Shown: in pieces, positions 21,666 through 30,507 of the stretch
Layout of the letters: each line of letters opens with the position of its first letter
How positions within the stretch are numbered: the stretch's first letter is position 1
Source of the DNA: Caldilineae bacterium
GTDB taxonomy: Bacteria > Chloroflexota > Anaerolineae > Epilineales > Epilineaceae
Direction: 5' to 3'
DNA length: 64,000 nt
Assembly: GCA_020634625.1 (NCBI GenBank)
Contig: JACKBJ010000002.1
Location: 158,275-222,274 of the forward strand
Made by a program: the position numbers and the translations under genes
The notes under the pieces: generated by a model
What the model was told of the DNA's origin: nothing
The model's database searches: none
The model's input: only the letters and a program-made list of their open reading frames with translations

Positions 21666-22286
21666 ATGGCCTGGATCGAGACCGTTCCACCGCGTGACGC
21701 GACCGGACGCTTGGGGCGCATCTACGCCCAGGCCATCGCCCGGGCCGGGAAGGTCTTCCAGATCCTGCAGATCCAGAGCCCGAACCCGGCCGTGCTCCAG
21801 GGCAGCATGCAGCTCTACACCGCCAGCATGATGGGCGCGTCGCCCCTCTCGCGGGCCGAACGCGAGGCGCTGGCCACCACCGTCAGCCGCCTCAACGCCT
21901 GCCACTACTGAACCCAGGCCCATGCGGCGGACTTCCGGTCGGAGGTCGAGGCGGAGATCGCTGCCGGCACCTGGCCCGGCCCCGGCGACGTCGGGGCGAT
22001 GGTCGACGCCTTGATCCACGACGATGCGCGCGTCGCCTGGTCGCCCCGTCTGCGCGCCCTGCTCGACTATGCCGCGACGCTGACGCGCCGCCCCGCCAGC
22101 GTCGATTCCGCCGATCTCGACGCGCTGCGCGCCCAGGGCCTCGGCGACCGCGCCATCCACGACGCGGCCCAGGTCATCGCCTACTTCAACTACATCAACC
22201 GCGTCGCCGACGGCCTGGGCGTCGATCTCGAGCCGGACATGCCGCCTCGGCCGCTGCATTCCCAGGTCGCGCCGCAGGAGCCCTAG
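21666..22286 (+). CDS. AhpD/carboxymuconolactone-decarboxylase-family 'peroxidase-related' protein with an in-frame TGA (selenocysteine candidate, CxxU), or a nonsense-disrupted pseudogene
   Basis: The two track ORFs (ending 21911, starting 21999) share one frame with no other stop between them. The TGA at 21909-21911 falls exactly where the second Cys of the family motif belongs (VSRLNACHY-U-TQAHAA versus the family VSxxNGCxYCxxxH). A hairpin with a GGUC loop lies 19-37 nt downstream. Confidence 0.5.
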
Positions 22287-22288
22287 CC

Positions 22289-23149
22289 ATGAGCCGCGCC
22301 GATGGTCTTGCCTCAGCCGAGCCATTCCGCATCTCGCCGATCCGCGCCGGCCTGGGCGCCCGCATCGAGGGCCTCGACCTTTCGGCCCCGCTGGATGAGA
22401 CGACCTTCGAGGCCATCCGGCGCGCCTTCTTCGAGCACCACATTCTGGCCATTCCCGGCCAGGACATCTCCGCCGCCGACCTGGTTCGCTTCAGCAAGCG
22501 CTTCGGTGAGCTCGAGCCGCACCTGCTCGACCAGTTCCACCATCCCGACTTTCCCGAGATCCTGATGCTCTCCACCGTGGTCGAGGACGGTCGGCCGCTG
22601 GGCTTCGCCACCCCGCCCGACCCGGCCTTCCACTCCGACCTCTCCTACCGACCCCTACCCAGCCGCGTCACCCTCCTCTACGCGCTGGAGGTGCCGACCG
22701 ACGGTAGCGGCGACACCCGCTTCATCGACACCGTGGCGGCCTACGAGGCCCTGCCTGCCGAGATCCAGAGATCGATCGGCCATCTCCGGGCGGTCCACAA
22801 CTACGCCTACCGCTACGGCGACCGTCTGACGCCCGAGCAGTTGGCCAGGACCGAGGATGTCGTGCACCCCGTCGTGCGCCGCATCCCCGAGACGGGCCAG
22901 CGGTCGCTCTTCGTGAACCCCAGCTTCACCGGGCGCATCGAGGATCTGCCGGAGCGGGCCAGCCAGAACCTCCTAAGCCAACTCTTCGAGCATTGCGAGC
23001 AGGAGCGTTTCGGTCTGACCTACGCCTGGACCGCCGGCGACCTCGTCTTCTGGGACAACGCGGCCACGATGCACGCCGCGACGGCGCTGCCGGAGGGGGC
23101 GCGGCGAACCTTGATGCGGACGACGGTGATCGGAGAGGTTCCGATCTGA
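22289..23149 (+). CDS. TauD/TfdA-family Fe(II)/2-oxoglutarate-dependent dioxygenase
   Basis: Family-typical blocks are HSDLSYRPLPSRVTLLYALEVP, GDTRFID and DLVFWDNAATMHAA. The ATG lies 2 nt after the upstream stop. Confidence 0.85.
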   Translation: MSRADGLASAEPFRISPIRAGLGARIEGLDLSAPLDETTFEAIRRAFFEHHILAIPGQDISAADLVRFSKRFGELEPHLLDQFHHPDFPEILMLSTVVEDGRPLGFATPPDPAFHSDLSYRPLPSRVTLLYALEVPTDGSGDTRFIDTVAAYEALPAEIQRSIGHLRAVHNYAYRYGDRLTPEQLARTEDVVHPVVRRIPETGQRSLFVNPSFTGRIEDLPERASQNLLSQLFEHCEQERFGLTYAWTAGDLVFWDNAATMHAATALPEGARRTLMRTTVIGEVPI

Positions 23150-23534
23150 GAGCCTGTCCGAGCAGAGACCTCGGTGGGCAAGCGCGTATCGAGGTCGTCT
23201 GTGTCCGACTACGTGAACACAGTCGCCTGGAAGCGTCCGGTTCTGGTGGCCGAGCTCGGGTGACTCCGCCTGCGAGCCTATCTCGCCGGCAGCCCGATAT
23301 GAAGTTCCCCGGTGGACTCGTGCTGACAGGCGATCCGGCCTGGCCGTGGAGGAAGGCTTGCGGTAAGCAGCGCCCTGCCGTCTCCGAAGCGGGTTGTCCG
23401 AAGTCTTCCAGCCCTACCGGTCTCTACTTTCCGTCGAAAGACGACAGGGGCACCCGCTTGGACACCCCTGTTCATTCACGTTCATTCACGTTCAGCGCAC
23501 GCTCGCGCCCGAGGCCAGCCGACGTGGACGGAGG

Positions 23535-24758
23535 CTAGGACTCCACCACCGCCATCGCCGCCTCGCGTAGCGCAGCTGCCCGGTCGGTCCGCTCCCAGGG
23601 CAGGTCCAGGTCGTCGCGGCCGAAGTGCCCGTAGGCCGCCGTCTGGCGGAAGATCGGCCGGCGCAGCTTCAGGTCGCGGATGATGGCGCCCGGCCGCAGG
23701 TCGAAGTGCGCCTGCACCAGCTCGCGGATGCGCTCGGGGTCGATCGTCTCGGTGCCGAAGGTGTCGATGTTCAGCGAGAGCGGCTCGGCCACGCCGATGG
23801 CGTAGGCCAGCTGGATCTCGACCCGCGTGCAGAGCCCGGCCGCGACCAGGTTCTTGGCCACCCAGCGCGCCGCGTAGGCGCCCGAGCGGTCGACCTTGGT
23901 GGCGTCCTTGCCGCTGAAGGCCCCGCCGCCGTGGCTGGCCATGCCGCCATAGGTGTCGACGATGATCTTGCGGCCGGTCAGGCCGCAGTCGCCCTGAGGG
24001 CCGCCGATGACGAAGCGCCCGGTCGGGTTGGTCAGGATGCGCGTCTCGGCGTCCATCAGCTCGGCCGGCATGACCGGCTTGATCACGTGCTCGATCAGGT
24101 CGCGGCGAATCTGCTCCTGGCTCGCGTCCGGGTCGTGCTGGGTCGAGATGAGCACGGTCGTGACGCGCTTGGGCTTGCCGTAGGCGTACTCGACCGAGAC
24201 CTGGCTCTTGCCGTCCGGGCGCAGGTACTTCAGGGTCGAGTTCTTGCGCACGTAGGCCAGCCGGCGGGTCAGCTGGTGCGCCAGGTGGATCGGCAGCGGC
24301 ATCAGCTCGTCGGTCTCGTCGCAGGCGAAGCCGATCATCATGCCCTGGTCGCCGGCGCCGATGGCCTCGACCTCGGCGTCGCTCATCGCGCCTTCCTTGT
24401 GCTCCAGCGCCTCGTCGACGCCCATCGCGATGTCGGCCGACTGCTTGTTGATGGCCGTGATCACGCCGCAGGTGTCGGCTGCGATGCCGTAGGCGGCGTC
24501 GGTATAGCCCGTGGCGCGGATGGCGTCGCGGATCACCTGCGGGTAGTCGACCGTCGCGCTGGTGGTGATCTCGCCGGTGACCAGGGCCAGGCCGGTGGTC
24601 ACCACCGTCTCGCAGGCCACCCGGCCGCGCGGGTCCTGCTCCAGAATGGCGTCCAGGATGGCGTCCGAGATCTGGTCGCAGAGCTTGTCCGGGTGGCCCT
24701 CGGTCACCGATTCGCTGGTGAACAGGAATCGGGGCGAGGACATGAACGAGGTCGTCAT
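23535..24758 (-). CDS. metK: S-adenosylmethionine synthetase
   Basis: [34 protein letters not shown] and the full MAT signature. An alternative start is the ATG 15 nt downstream (MSSPRF). Confidence 0.95.
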   Translation of the reverse strand: MTTSFMSSPRFLFTSESVTEGHPDKLCDQISDAILDAILEQDPRGRVACETVVTTGLALVTGEITTSATVDYPQVIRDAIRATGYTDAAYGIAADTCGVITAINKQSADIAMGVDEALEHKEGAMSDAEVEAIGAGDQGMMIGFACDETDELMPLPIHLAHQLTRRLAYVRKNSTLKYLRPDGKSQVSVEYAYGKPKRVTTVLISTQHDPDASQEQIRRDLIEHVIKPVMPAELMDAETRILTNPTGRFVIGGPQGDCGLTGRKIIVDTYGGMASHGGGAFSGKDATKVDRSGAYAARWVAKNLVAAGLCTRVEIQLAYAIGVAEPLSLNIDTFGTETIDPERIRELVQAHFDLRPGAIIRDLKLRRPIFRQTAAYGHFGRDDLDLPWERTDRAAALREAAMAVVES

Positions 24759-24760
24759 CG

Positions 24761-25768
24761 TCAGGCTCCTTGATGCCGGCCGGCATGGCGGCCATGCTGG
24801 TGCGCGCGGTTCAGGGCGTCCACGAGCGCGTCGGGGATGTCGCCGAAGTGCTCGGCATAGCGCTTGGTGAAGCTGGGGATGGTGTAGCGGTGGGCCTGGG
24901 TCCCCAGCGATTCCAGGGCGTAGGTGGCGGCCAGCGCGCCGGCGCGGCCGGCCACCGGCCAGGGCAGACCGTGCAGCAGCCCGAACATGATGCCCGAGCG
25001 GTAGGCGTCGCCGATGCCGGTGGGATCGACCTGGCGCGTGGCGGGCACGGCCGGGATGACGTGCGTCTCACCGCCGGCGCGGATCACCGAGCCCTTCTCG
25101 CCGTGGGTGATCACCACCACGTCGGTCATGCCGACGATGGCATCCTCGGTCAGGCCGGTCTTCTCGTGCACCAGCTCGAACTCGTACTCGTTGGCCACGA
25201 AGCAGGTGCAGCCCTCGATGCCGGCCACCAGCGCCTCGCCCGACAGCCGCACGATCTGCTGGCTGGGGTCGTAGACGTAGGGGATCTCGAGGTCCCGGCA
25301 CTCCTGGACGTACTTGACCATCGCCTCGGGCGCGTTGGGCGCGATCACGGCCAGCTCGATCGAGGCCGCGTCGAGGTCGTGGAAGGACAGCTGCGTGGCC
25401 GAACCCATCGCGCCGACGTAGAAGCTGGCGATCTGGCGGTTCTTGCGGTCGGTCGAGACGAAGAAGCTCGAGGTGCTCTCGTCCGGCAGGACCCGGGTCA
25501 GGGACATGTCCACGCCGTGCTGCTCGAGGCGCTCGTGGTCGTAGGCGAAGTCGGCGCCGACGGTGGCCATGACGTGCGGGCATTCGCCGAGCAGGGCCAG
25601 GTTGTAGGCGATGTTGGCCGCGCAGCCGCCCGGCTCGCGACGCAGGCTGTCGACCAGGAAGCTGACCGAGAGCACGTCGATCTTGTCGGGCAGGATGTGC
25701 TCGCTGAAATCGCCCGGAAAGGACATGATGTAGTCGTAGGCGACCGATCCGGTGATGATGATGCGCAT
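24761..25768 (-). CDS. PfkB-family carbohydrate/nucleoside kinase (adenosine kinase, or 5-deoxyribose / methylthioribose-type kinase)
   Basis: Ribokinase fold motifs are present: the GG motif ([16 protein letters not shown]) and the anion-hole [12 protein letters not shown]. It is sandwiched between mtnA and metK in one operon. Confidence 0.75.
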   Translation of the reverse strand: MRIIITGSVAYDYIMSFPGDFSEHILPDKIDVLSVSFLVDSLRREPGGCAANIAYNLALLGECPHVMATVGADFAYDHERLEQHGVDMSLTRVLPDESTSSFFVSTDRKNRQIASFYVGAMGSATQLSFHDLDAASIELAVIAPNAPEAMVKYVQECRDLEIPYVYDPSQQIVRLSGEALVAGIEGCTCFVANEYEFELVHEKTGLTEDAIVGMTDVVVITHGEKGSVIRAGGETHVIPAVPATRQVDPTGIGDAYRSGIMFGLLHGLPWPVAGRAGALAATYALESLGTQAHRYTIPSFTKRYAEHFGDIPDALVDALNRAHQHGRHAGRHQGA

Positions 25769-25792
25769 GGCGTTGCTCCTGGGTCGCTGGGG

Positions 25793-26878
25793 CTAGGACG
25801 CGGGCACCGGGCTGGCGGCGGCCTCGACCGCCGCGCGCAGGCCGGCTTCGAAGGGTGGGCGCAGCACGCCTGCCTCGGTCACGATGGCGCTGATGTAGCG
25901 GGCCGGCGTCAGGTCGAAGGCCGGGTTGGCGGCCGTGACCCCGGCCGGCGGGATGCGCCGACCGGCGATCTCGGTGACCTCGGTCGGGTCGCGCAGCTCG
26001 ATCGGGATTTCGGCGCCGCTGGGGCAGCCCAGGTCGATGGTCGAGCTCGGGGCGACGACGTACACCGGCACGCCGTTCTCGCGGGCGACCACGGCCAGCG
26101 GATAGGTGCCGACCTTGTTGGCCACGTCGCCGTTGGCCGCGATCCGATCGGCGCCGACCAGCACGGCGTCGACCTCGCCCCGCTGCAGATAGTAGCCGGC
26201 CGCTCCGTCGACGATCAGGGTCTGCGGCACGCCCAGCCGCGCCAGCTCCCAGGTGGTCAGCCGCGCGCCCTGCAAGCGCGGCCGCGTCTCGTCCACCAGG
26301 ACCCGGATTCGCTTGCCCTGCTCGTGCGCGGCCCGGATCACGCCCAGGGCGGTGCCGTAGTCGACCGTGGCCAGCGCGCCGGTGTTGCAGTGGTGGATCA
26401 CGGTGCAGCGCTCGGGCAGGAGCGCCGCGCCATGGGCGCCCATGCGCCGGTTGGTGGCCAGGTCCTCGTCGGCGATGCGCTCGGCCTCGGCCAGCGCCAG
26501 CGTGCGCAGGGCGGTCGGCTCGGTCTCGCCGGCCGCGATCTCGGCGTCGAGTCGACCGAGCACGCGGCGCAGGGCCCAGGCCAGGTTGGAGGCGGTCGGC
26601 CGGGCCGCCAGGAGCGTCTCGGCGTCGATGGCCAGATCGGCGCGCAGGCCGGCGGCCGTCGACGCCGTCGACCCCTGGGCACCGAGGGCCAGGCCGTAGG
26701 CCGCCGTGGCGCCGATGGCCGGGGCGCCGCGCACGGCCATGTCGCGGATGGCCTCGGCCAGACTGGCCACGTCGTCCAGGACCAGCGTCGACTCCCGCTC
26801 GGGGAGCAGGCGCTGGTCGATCATGCAGACGCGCGCGTCGCGCCAATAGACGGTTCGTGTCGGGCTCATCGCCTTCAT
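25793..26878 (-). CDS. mtnA: Methylthioribose-1-phosphate isomerase family (MtnA/DrdI, eIF-2B-like)
   Basis: [19 protein letters not shown] and [15 protein letters not shown]. The start was set to the ATG (MKAMSPT) because the TTG at 26911 would overlap the riboswitch terminator. Confidence 0.85.
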   Translation of the reverse strand: MKAMSPTRTVYWRDARVCMIDQRLLPERESTLVLDDVASLAEAIRDMAVRGAPAIGATAAYGLALGAQGSTASTAAGLRADLAIDAETLLAARPTASNLAWALRRVLGRLDAEIAAGETEPTALRTLALAEAERIADEDLATNRRMGAHGAALLPERCTVIHHCNTGALATVDYGTALGVIRAAHEQGKRIRVLVDETRPRLQGARLTTWELARLGVPQTLIVDGAAGYYLQRGEVDAVLVGADRIAANGDVANKVGTYPLAVVARENGVPVYVVAPSSTIDLGCPSGAEIPIELRDPTEVTEIAGRRIPPAGVTAANPAFDLTPARYISAIVTEAGVLRPPFEAGLRAAVEAAASPVPAS

Positions 26879-26900
26879 CGCATGCCTGCCCTGCCGTGGC

Positions 26901-26941
26901 ACCAAAAACAAACGACGTCTCGCCGCAGGCGCAGAGACGTC
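26901..26941 (-). terminator. Intrinsic terminator forming the riboswitch expression platform
   Basis: The minus strand reads GACGUCUC-ugcgccugcggc-GAGACGUC followed by GUUUGUUUUUGG. Confidence 0.7.
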
Positions 26942-26950
26942 GGGGAGAAC

Positions 26951-27062
26951 CTCTCATCTCTCGATCCGCGCTGTCGCGCGAGCCGGCGGACTTGGCACCG
27001 TGGCCTTGGCCTGGTTGCCGGGGTTTCGTCGGGCCGTTCCCTCCACCCCTCTCGATAAGATC
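26951..27062 (-). promoter_or_regulatory. SAM-I (S-box) riboswitch aptamer
   Basis: The minus strand reads UCUUAUCGAGAGGGGUGGAGGGAACGGCCCGACGAAACCCCGGCAACCAGGCC...GGUGCCAAGUCCGCC...GAUCGAGAGAUGAGAGG. This matches the S-box consensus blocks (UCUUAUCaAGAG, GGAGGGA, GGCCCgAUGAA, GCAACC, GGUGCnAAnUCC, closing AGAUGAGAG). The P1 helix is UCUUAUC/GAUGAGA. Confidence 0.85.
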
Positions 27063-27181
27063 ACGGACTGTGAAATTGTCGGCCAGATTGTACAACAGGC
27101 CCGCCGCCCGACAAAAAGCCGGGCTCGCCGCGCCCAGCGCGCGGGCCGACGCGGATGATTGTCGCAAGGCCGGGCCGGCTG

Positions 27182-27190
27182 TGCTAGCCT
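27182..27190 (+). promoter_or_regulatory. Extended -10 (TGcTAGCCT) 9 nt before the MscS ATG; implies a leaderless mRNA
   Basis: ctgTGcTAGCCTggacgggcgATG. Confidence 0.35.
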
Positions 27191-27199
27191 GGACGGGCG

Positions 27200-28036
27200 A
27201 TGGATCTCCTGGAACTCCTATCCGGCACGATGGGCGAGGGCATGCGCAGCGATGGGCTGGGCTCGCTGCCCCAACGGCTCGTCCTGCTGGCGGGCCTGCT
27301 GCTGGCCGTCTGGATCGGCCGGCGCCTCTCCTGGCCTCTGGCCTGGCGCCTGGTGCGGCTGTCGCGCTACGCGCACCGCGCCCGGGCGCATCGGCCGGAG
27401 CGCCAGACCACGCTGCAGGGTCTGATCGCCGACCTGATCGGCTTCGCGGTGCTGATCGTGGCCTTCATCGTCGGCGTGGTGCAGCTGGTCGGTGTCGACG
27501 TCGACACGGTCGTCTGGACGGTCGGCTTGCTCAGCGCCGGCTTCGGCCTGGGGGCGCGACCGATCATCAGCGACATCCTGGCCGGCATCAGCTACGTCTT
27601 CGAGGACGCCTTCTCGGTGGGCGAGAAGGTGCTCTTCGCCGAGGTCGAGGGCGTGATCGAGCAGGTCAACCTCCGCACGACCCACATCCGGGCGCCCTCG
27701 GGCGAGCTCTGCATCGTGCCCAACGGCGAGATCCGGGTGATGCGCAACTTCAGCCGCGGACGCTTCTCGACCGCCAACGTCACCCTGTCGGTGGCCAGCA
27801 GCGACCTCGGCCGCGCGCTCGAGATCCTCGAAGACCTCGGGCCCGCGGCGGCGGAGGCCTTGCCCGACCTGAACCTGCCCTGGCAGCTGATCAGCAAATC
27901 GGGCGAGCTGGGGACGCGGATGGAGCTGACCCTCCTGGCCCGCACCCGCTTCGGGACCGGCGCGGAGCTTCGACCCCGGCTGATGGCCCTGGTGCACGAG
28001 CGGTTGAGCGCGGCGGGGATCGATTTCGATGCCTGA
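27200..28036 (+). CDS. Small-conductance mechanosensitive channel (MscS family)
   Basis: TM helices are followed by the MscS beta-domain (VGEKVLFAEVEGVIEQVNLRTTHIRAPSGELCIVPNGEI). Confidence 0.85.
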   Translation: MDLLELLSGTMGEGMRSDGLGSLPQRLVLLAGLLLAVWIGRRLSWPLAWRLVRLSRYAHRARAHRPERQTTLQGLIADLIGFAVLIVAFIVGVVQLVGVDVDTVVWTVGLLSAGFGLGARPIISDILAGISYVFEDAFSVGEKVLFAEVEGVIEQVNLRTTHIRAPSGELCIVPNGEIRVMRNFSRGRFSTANVTLSVASSDLGRALEILEDLGPAAAEALPDLNLPWQLISKSGELGTRMELTLLARTRFGTGAELRPRLMALVHERLSAAGIDFDA

Positions 28037-28628
28037 GCGCGCGCCGAATCGGCGCTCGATCGGCTGCGCCCGCGGGCGGCGCGGCCGCGCGCTGGCCCTT
28101 GGCTGGGCGCTCGTCGCCGGACTGTTGCTGGCGCCGGTCGGGCGGGGAACGACCCGGCCCCCATCGGCCGCGGCCCAGGCTTCGGTCCTGGACATCGACG
28201 TGACCGTGCGCGGCATCGCGCGGCTCTACGCCGCCGAGATCGGCCTGCGCTTCGACCCGACGCAGGTGACGCCGGTCGACGCGATGCCGTCGCGGCCCGG
28301 GCTGCAGCTGGCGGCCGGCAGTGGCTGGGGCGGCAGCCCCTTCACCCTGGTCAACGCGATCGATGCCGACGCGGGAACGGCCCGCTTCGCGGCGACCCTG
28401 CTCGCGCCCGCGCCGGCGCTGACCGGTGACCGCGTGCTGGTCACCCTGCGTCTCAGCCCGCGCCGCCTGGAGCCAGAGGATGCCTGGGGGCTGACCGACG
28501 TCCGGCTCGTCGATCGACGGGGTCAGGTCCTGGAGGCGGTCTGGGAGGGCGTCGAGATCCGTCCGGTCATCGCCTGGACCCGTCTGGAGCCCGGCGCCTT
28601 TCTGCCCTGGACGGCGTCGGGGCCCTGA
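28029..28628 (+). CDS. Secreted protein with a cohesin-like beta-sandwich domain
   Basis: A signal peptide is present, and the ATG overlaps the MscS stop. Pattern VLDIDVTVRGIARLYAAEIGLRFDPTQVTPVD...GTARFAATL...DRVLVTLRL resembles cohesin domains. This is motif-level only. Confidence 0.4.
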   Translation: MPERAPNRRSIGCARGRRGRALALGWALVAGLLLAPVGRGTTRPPSAAAQASVLDIDVTVRGIARLYAAEIGLRFDPTQVTPVDAMPSRPGLQLAAGSGWGGSPFTLVNAIDADAGTARFAATLLAPAPALTGDRVLVTLRLSPRRLEPEDAWGLTDVRLVDRRGQVLEAVWEGVEIRPVIAWTRLEPGAFLPWTASGP

Positions 28629-28646
28629 GGGGGTCGGTCCCGCGGT

Positions 28647-29810
28647 TCACGGCAGCTTGCTTTGGGCAGCGCCGGGAGGCGGCGACGCCAGGTGCGCGGC
28701 GATCCGGGTCAGGCCGGCCCGCTCGGCCAGCGCATGGGCTTCGCTTCGGAGCAGGTCGCCGTGAGCGGCGTCCGAGCCCTGCTGCGCGAGGAGCCTGGCC
28801 TTGGCCGCCAGCAGATCGATGTGGTCGATCACGCTCGGCGCGTCCCCGTCGGCGATATGGCCGGCGCGTTCCCGCAGCGCAAGCGCCGCGTGATCCGGTA
28901 GGGCTCGCGCCAGGTAGAGCTCGACCCAGCGGATCCCGAGCCGAAGGCAGAGCGGCGGCGCATCGGGACCGAGCAGCGCCTCGGCGCGCTCGAGCAAGGA
29001 CTCGACCTCGCGGACCGAGAAGCGCGGTCGGGCGACCTGCAGGCGGGCCTGGGTCACGGCCAGCCGAGGCAGCCAGAGGCGTTGCAGACCCAGGCGGACC
29101 GCGGTCTCGGCCGCGCGGTCCAAGTGCTGCTGCGCCGGCCGCGACTGCCCCAGCTCGACATAGATCCGCCCCAGCAGCTCGGCGCAGGACAGGTCCAGCA
29201 TGTCGATGCGGCTTCGGGTCCCCCGGTGGGCCGGTCGATCCAGGAGCCCGAGCTGCGCCTCGGCCAGGTGGGCGCGGAAGATCGCCATCGAGTGATGGCC
29301 CCGCAGCATCAGGCATTCGGCCAGGCAGAGGCTGTAGCGGATGTAGGCCAGCGGATGGCTGCGTGGGCCGACCTGGCCCAAGCCGATCTCGCACATGCGC
29401 ATCACCAGATCCGTGGCGTGGCGCAGCTCATCGGGATGCGGCGTCGACTGCGCTCGGGCGAGCAGGTCCTCGGCGACCGCGACGAGCGCCGTGCAGGCCT
29501 CCGCATCCGGGGTCCGGAGGGTGGCGGGCCTGGCGCGGTGCGCGGCGAGCATGTGCTCGAGCAGGTCGCCGCGCTCGGCGGCCGCGAGCGGAAGGTGTCG
29601 GGCGATGCGCCGCGCCAGCGCCGGGCTCGGCGAGCGCTCCTCGCCGGCTTCGTCCGACTGCGCCAGCAGGTAGCTCAGGTGCTGGGGCGTGATGTCCAGC
29701 TGCCTGGCGAAGCGACGCTTGCTGCCCGGCTTGTCGAGGCAGCGGTTGATGATGGCGATATAGGCGGCGCGGTGCGCCCGCAAGCTCTCGACGCGCATGC
29801 CCTTCTGCAT
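28647..29810 (-). CDS. HTH (XRE-like) transcriptional regulator with a helical repeat (TPR-like) C-terminal domain
   Basis: N-terminal HTH (RFARQLDITPQHLSYLLAQ) and a long alpha-helical Leu/Ala/Arg-rich remainder. Confidence 0.5.
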   Translation of the reverse strand: MQKGMRVESLRAHRAAYIAIINRCLDKPGSKRRFARQLDITPQHLSYLLAQSDEAGEERSPSPALARRIARHLPLAAAERGDLLEHMLAAHRARPATLRTPDAEACTALVAVAEDLLARAQSTPHPDELRHATDLVMRMCEIGLGQVGPRSHPLAYIRYSLCLAECLMLRGHHSMAIFRAHLAEAQLGLLDRPAHRGTRSRIDMLDLSCAELLGRIYVELGQSRPAQQHLDRAAETAVRLGLQRLWLPRLAVTQARLQVARPRFSVREVESLLERAEALLGPDAPPLCLRLGIRWVELYLARALPDHAALALRERAGHIADGDAPSVIDHIDLLAAKARLLAQQGSDAAHGDLLRSEAHALAERAGLTRIAAHLASPPPGAAQSKLP

Positions 29811-29974
29811 GGTGACCCCCTATTCCTTCGACCGGCGCCGGCTCCGGCAAGACGGGCCTAATCCAAGCCGGCGCGCAATTAACCTCGTCTGACGGAGCGC
29901 ATCGGTTAGCCTGGGCGCGCATGTATCCGGCGCCATGCGGGCGCACGTGAACAGCCCAATGAGAGACCTCGACC

Positions 29975-30409
29975 ATGAAGCGCTCGATCCTGGCCAGTCT
30001 GTTGCTCCTCGCCGTCGCTCGGCACGCGGGTCCGCCCGTGTCGCGGGTGGCGCTTGCCGACAGTGATCCCTGCGCGGCGGTGGCCGGTCTGCCGGCGCCT
30101 CCCGGTGGCCATCCTCGACCCACCATCGGCGGCCGCGTGACCGACGCGACCCTCGGCCTCGGCATCGAGGGCGTGTCGGTCGAGCTGCATCGATGCTCGG
30201 GAACCCGGTCCGTCCCGCTCGCCAACACGAAGACCGCCTCGGACGGCGTCTACGCCTTCGAGGGCCTGGCGTCGGGGGTGTACTACTTCATCGCTGTGCC
30301 CCTGTCGGGGCCGCTCACCGGCATGACTCCGGCGAACGGTGTCGCGGCGCTCTCGGAACTCCTCGGGCTTGGAGAGAGCATCTCCGGTCTGGACTTCGCA
30401 TTCGAGTGA
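29975..30409 (+). CDS. Small secreted protein with a Cna-B / carboxypeptidase-regulatory-like domain
   Basis: Signal peptide (MKRSILASLLLLAVA). GGRVTDATLGLGIEGVSVEL...DGVYAFEGLASGVYY is typical of SdrD-B/CarboxypepD_reg folds. Confidence 0.45.
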   Translation: MKRSILASLLLLAVARHAGPPVSRVALADSDPCAAVAGLPAPPGGHPRPTIGGRVTDATLGLGIEGVSVELHRCSGTRSVPLANTKTASDGVYAFEGLASGVYYFIAVPLSGPLTGMTPANGVAALSELLGLGESISGLDFAFE

Positions 30410-30507
30410 TGCCGTCGTAGACACCGAAGGGCGGTGGGGTGTCGGCCCCGCCGCCCTGTTTTACGTTCGACCCGGGTTCCGGTTACGTCTGCTTCCCGCC
30501 AAGGCAC

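Noticed and set aside
21909-21911. Treating TGA 21909-21911 as an ordinary stop, giving two separate small genes
   Set aside because: The downstream piece (21999-22286) has no independent RBS context and is exactly in frame. The two pieces together reconstitute one AhpD/CMD-fold domain with the TGA at the conserved Cys position. Recoding or a disrupted gene fits better than two genes.
26879-26911. TTG start at 26911 for mtnA, as implied by the ORF track
   Set aside because: It would place the N-terminus inside the riboswitch terminator stem and U-tract. The ATG at 26878 with an upstream GGCAGG is more plausible.
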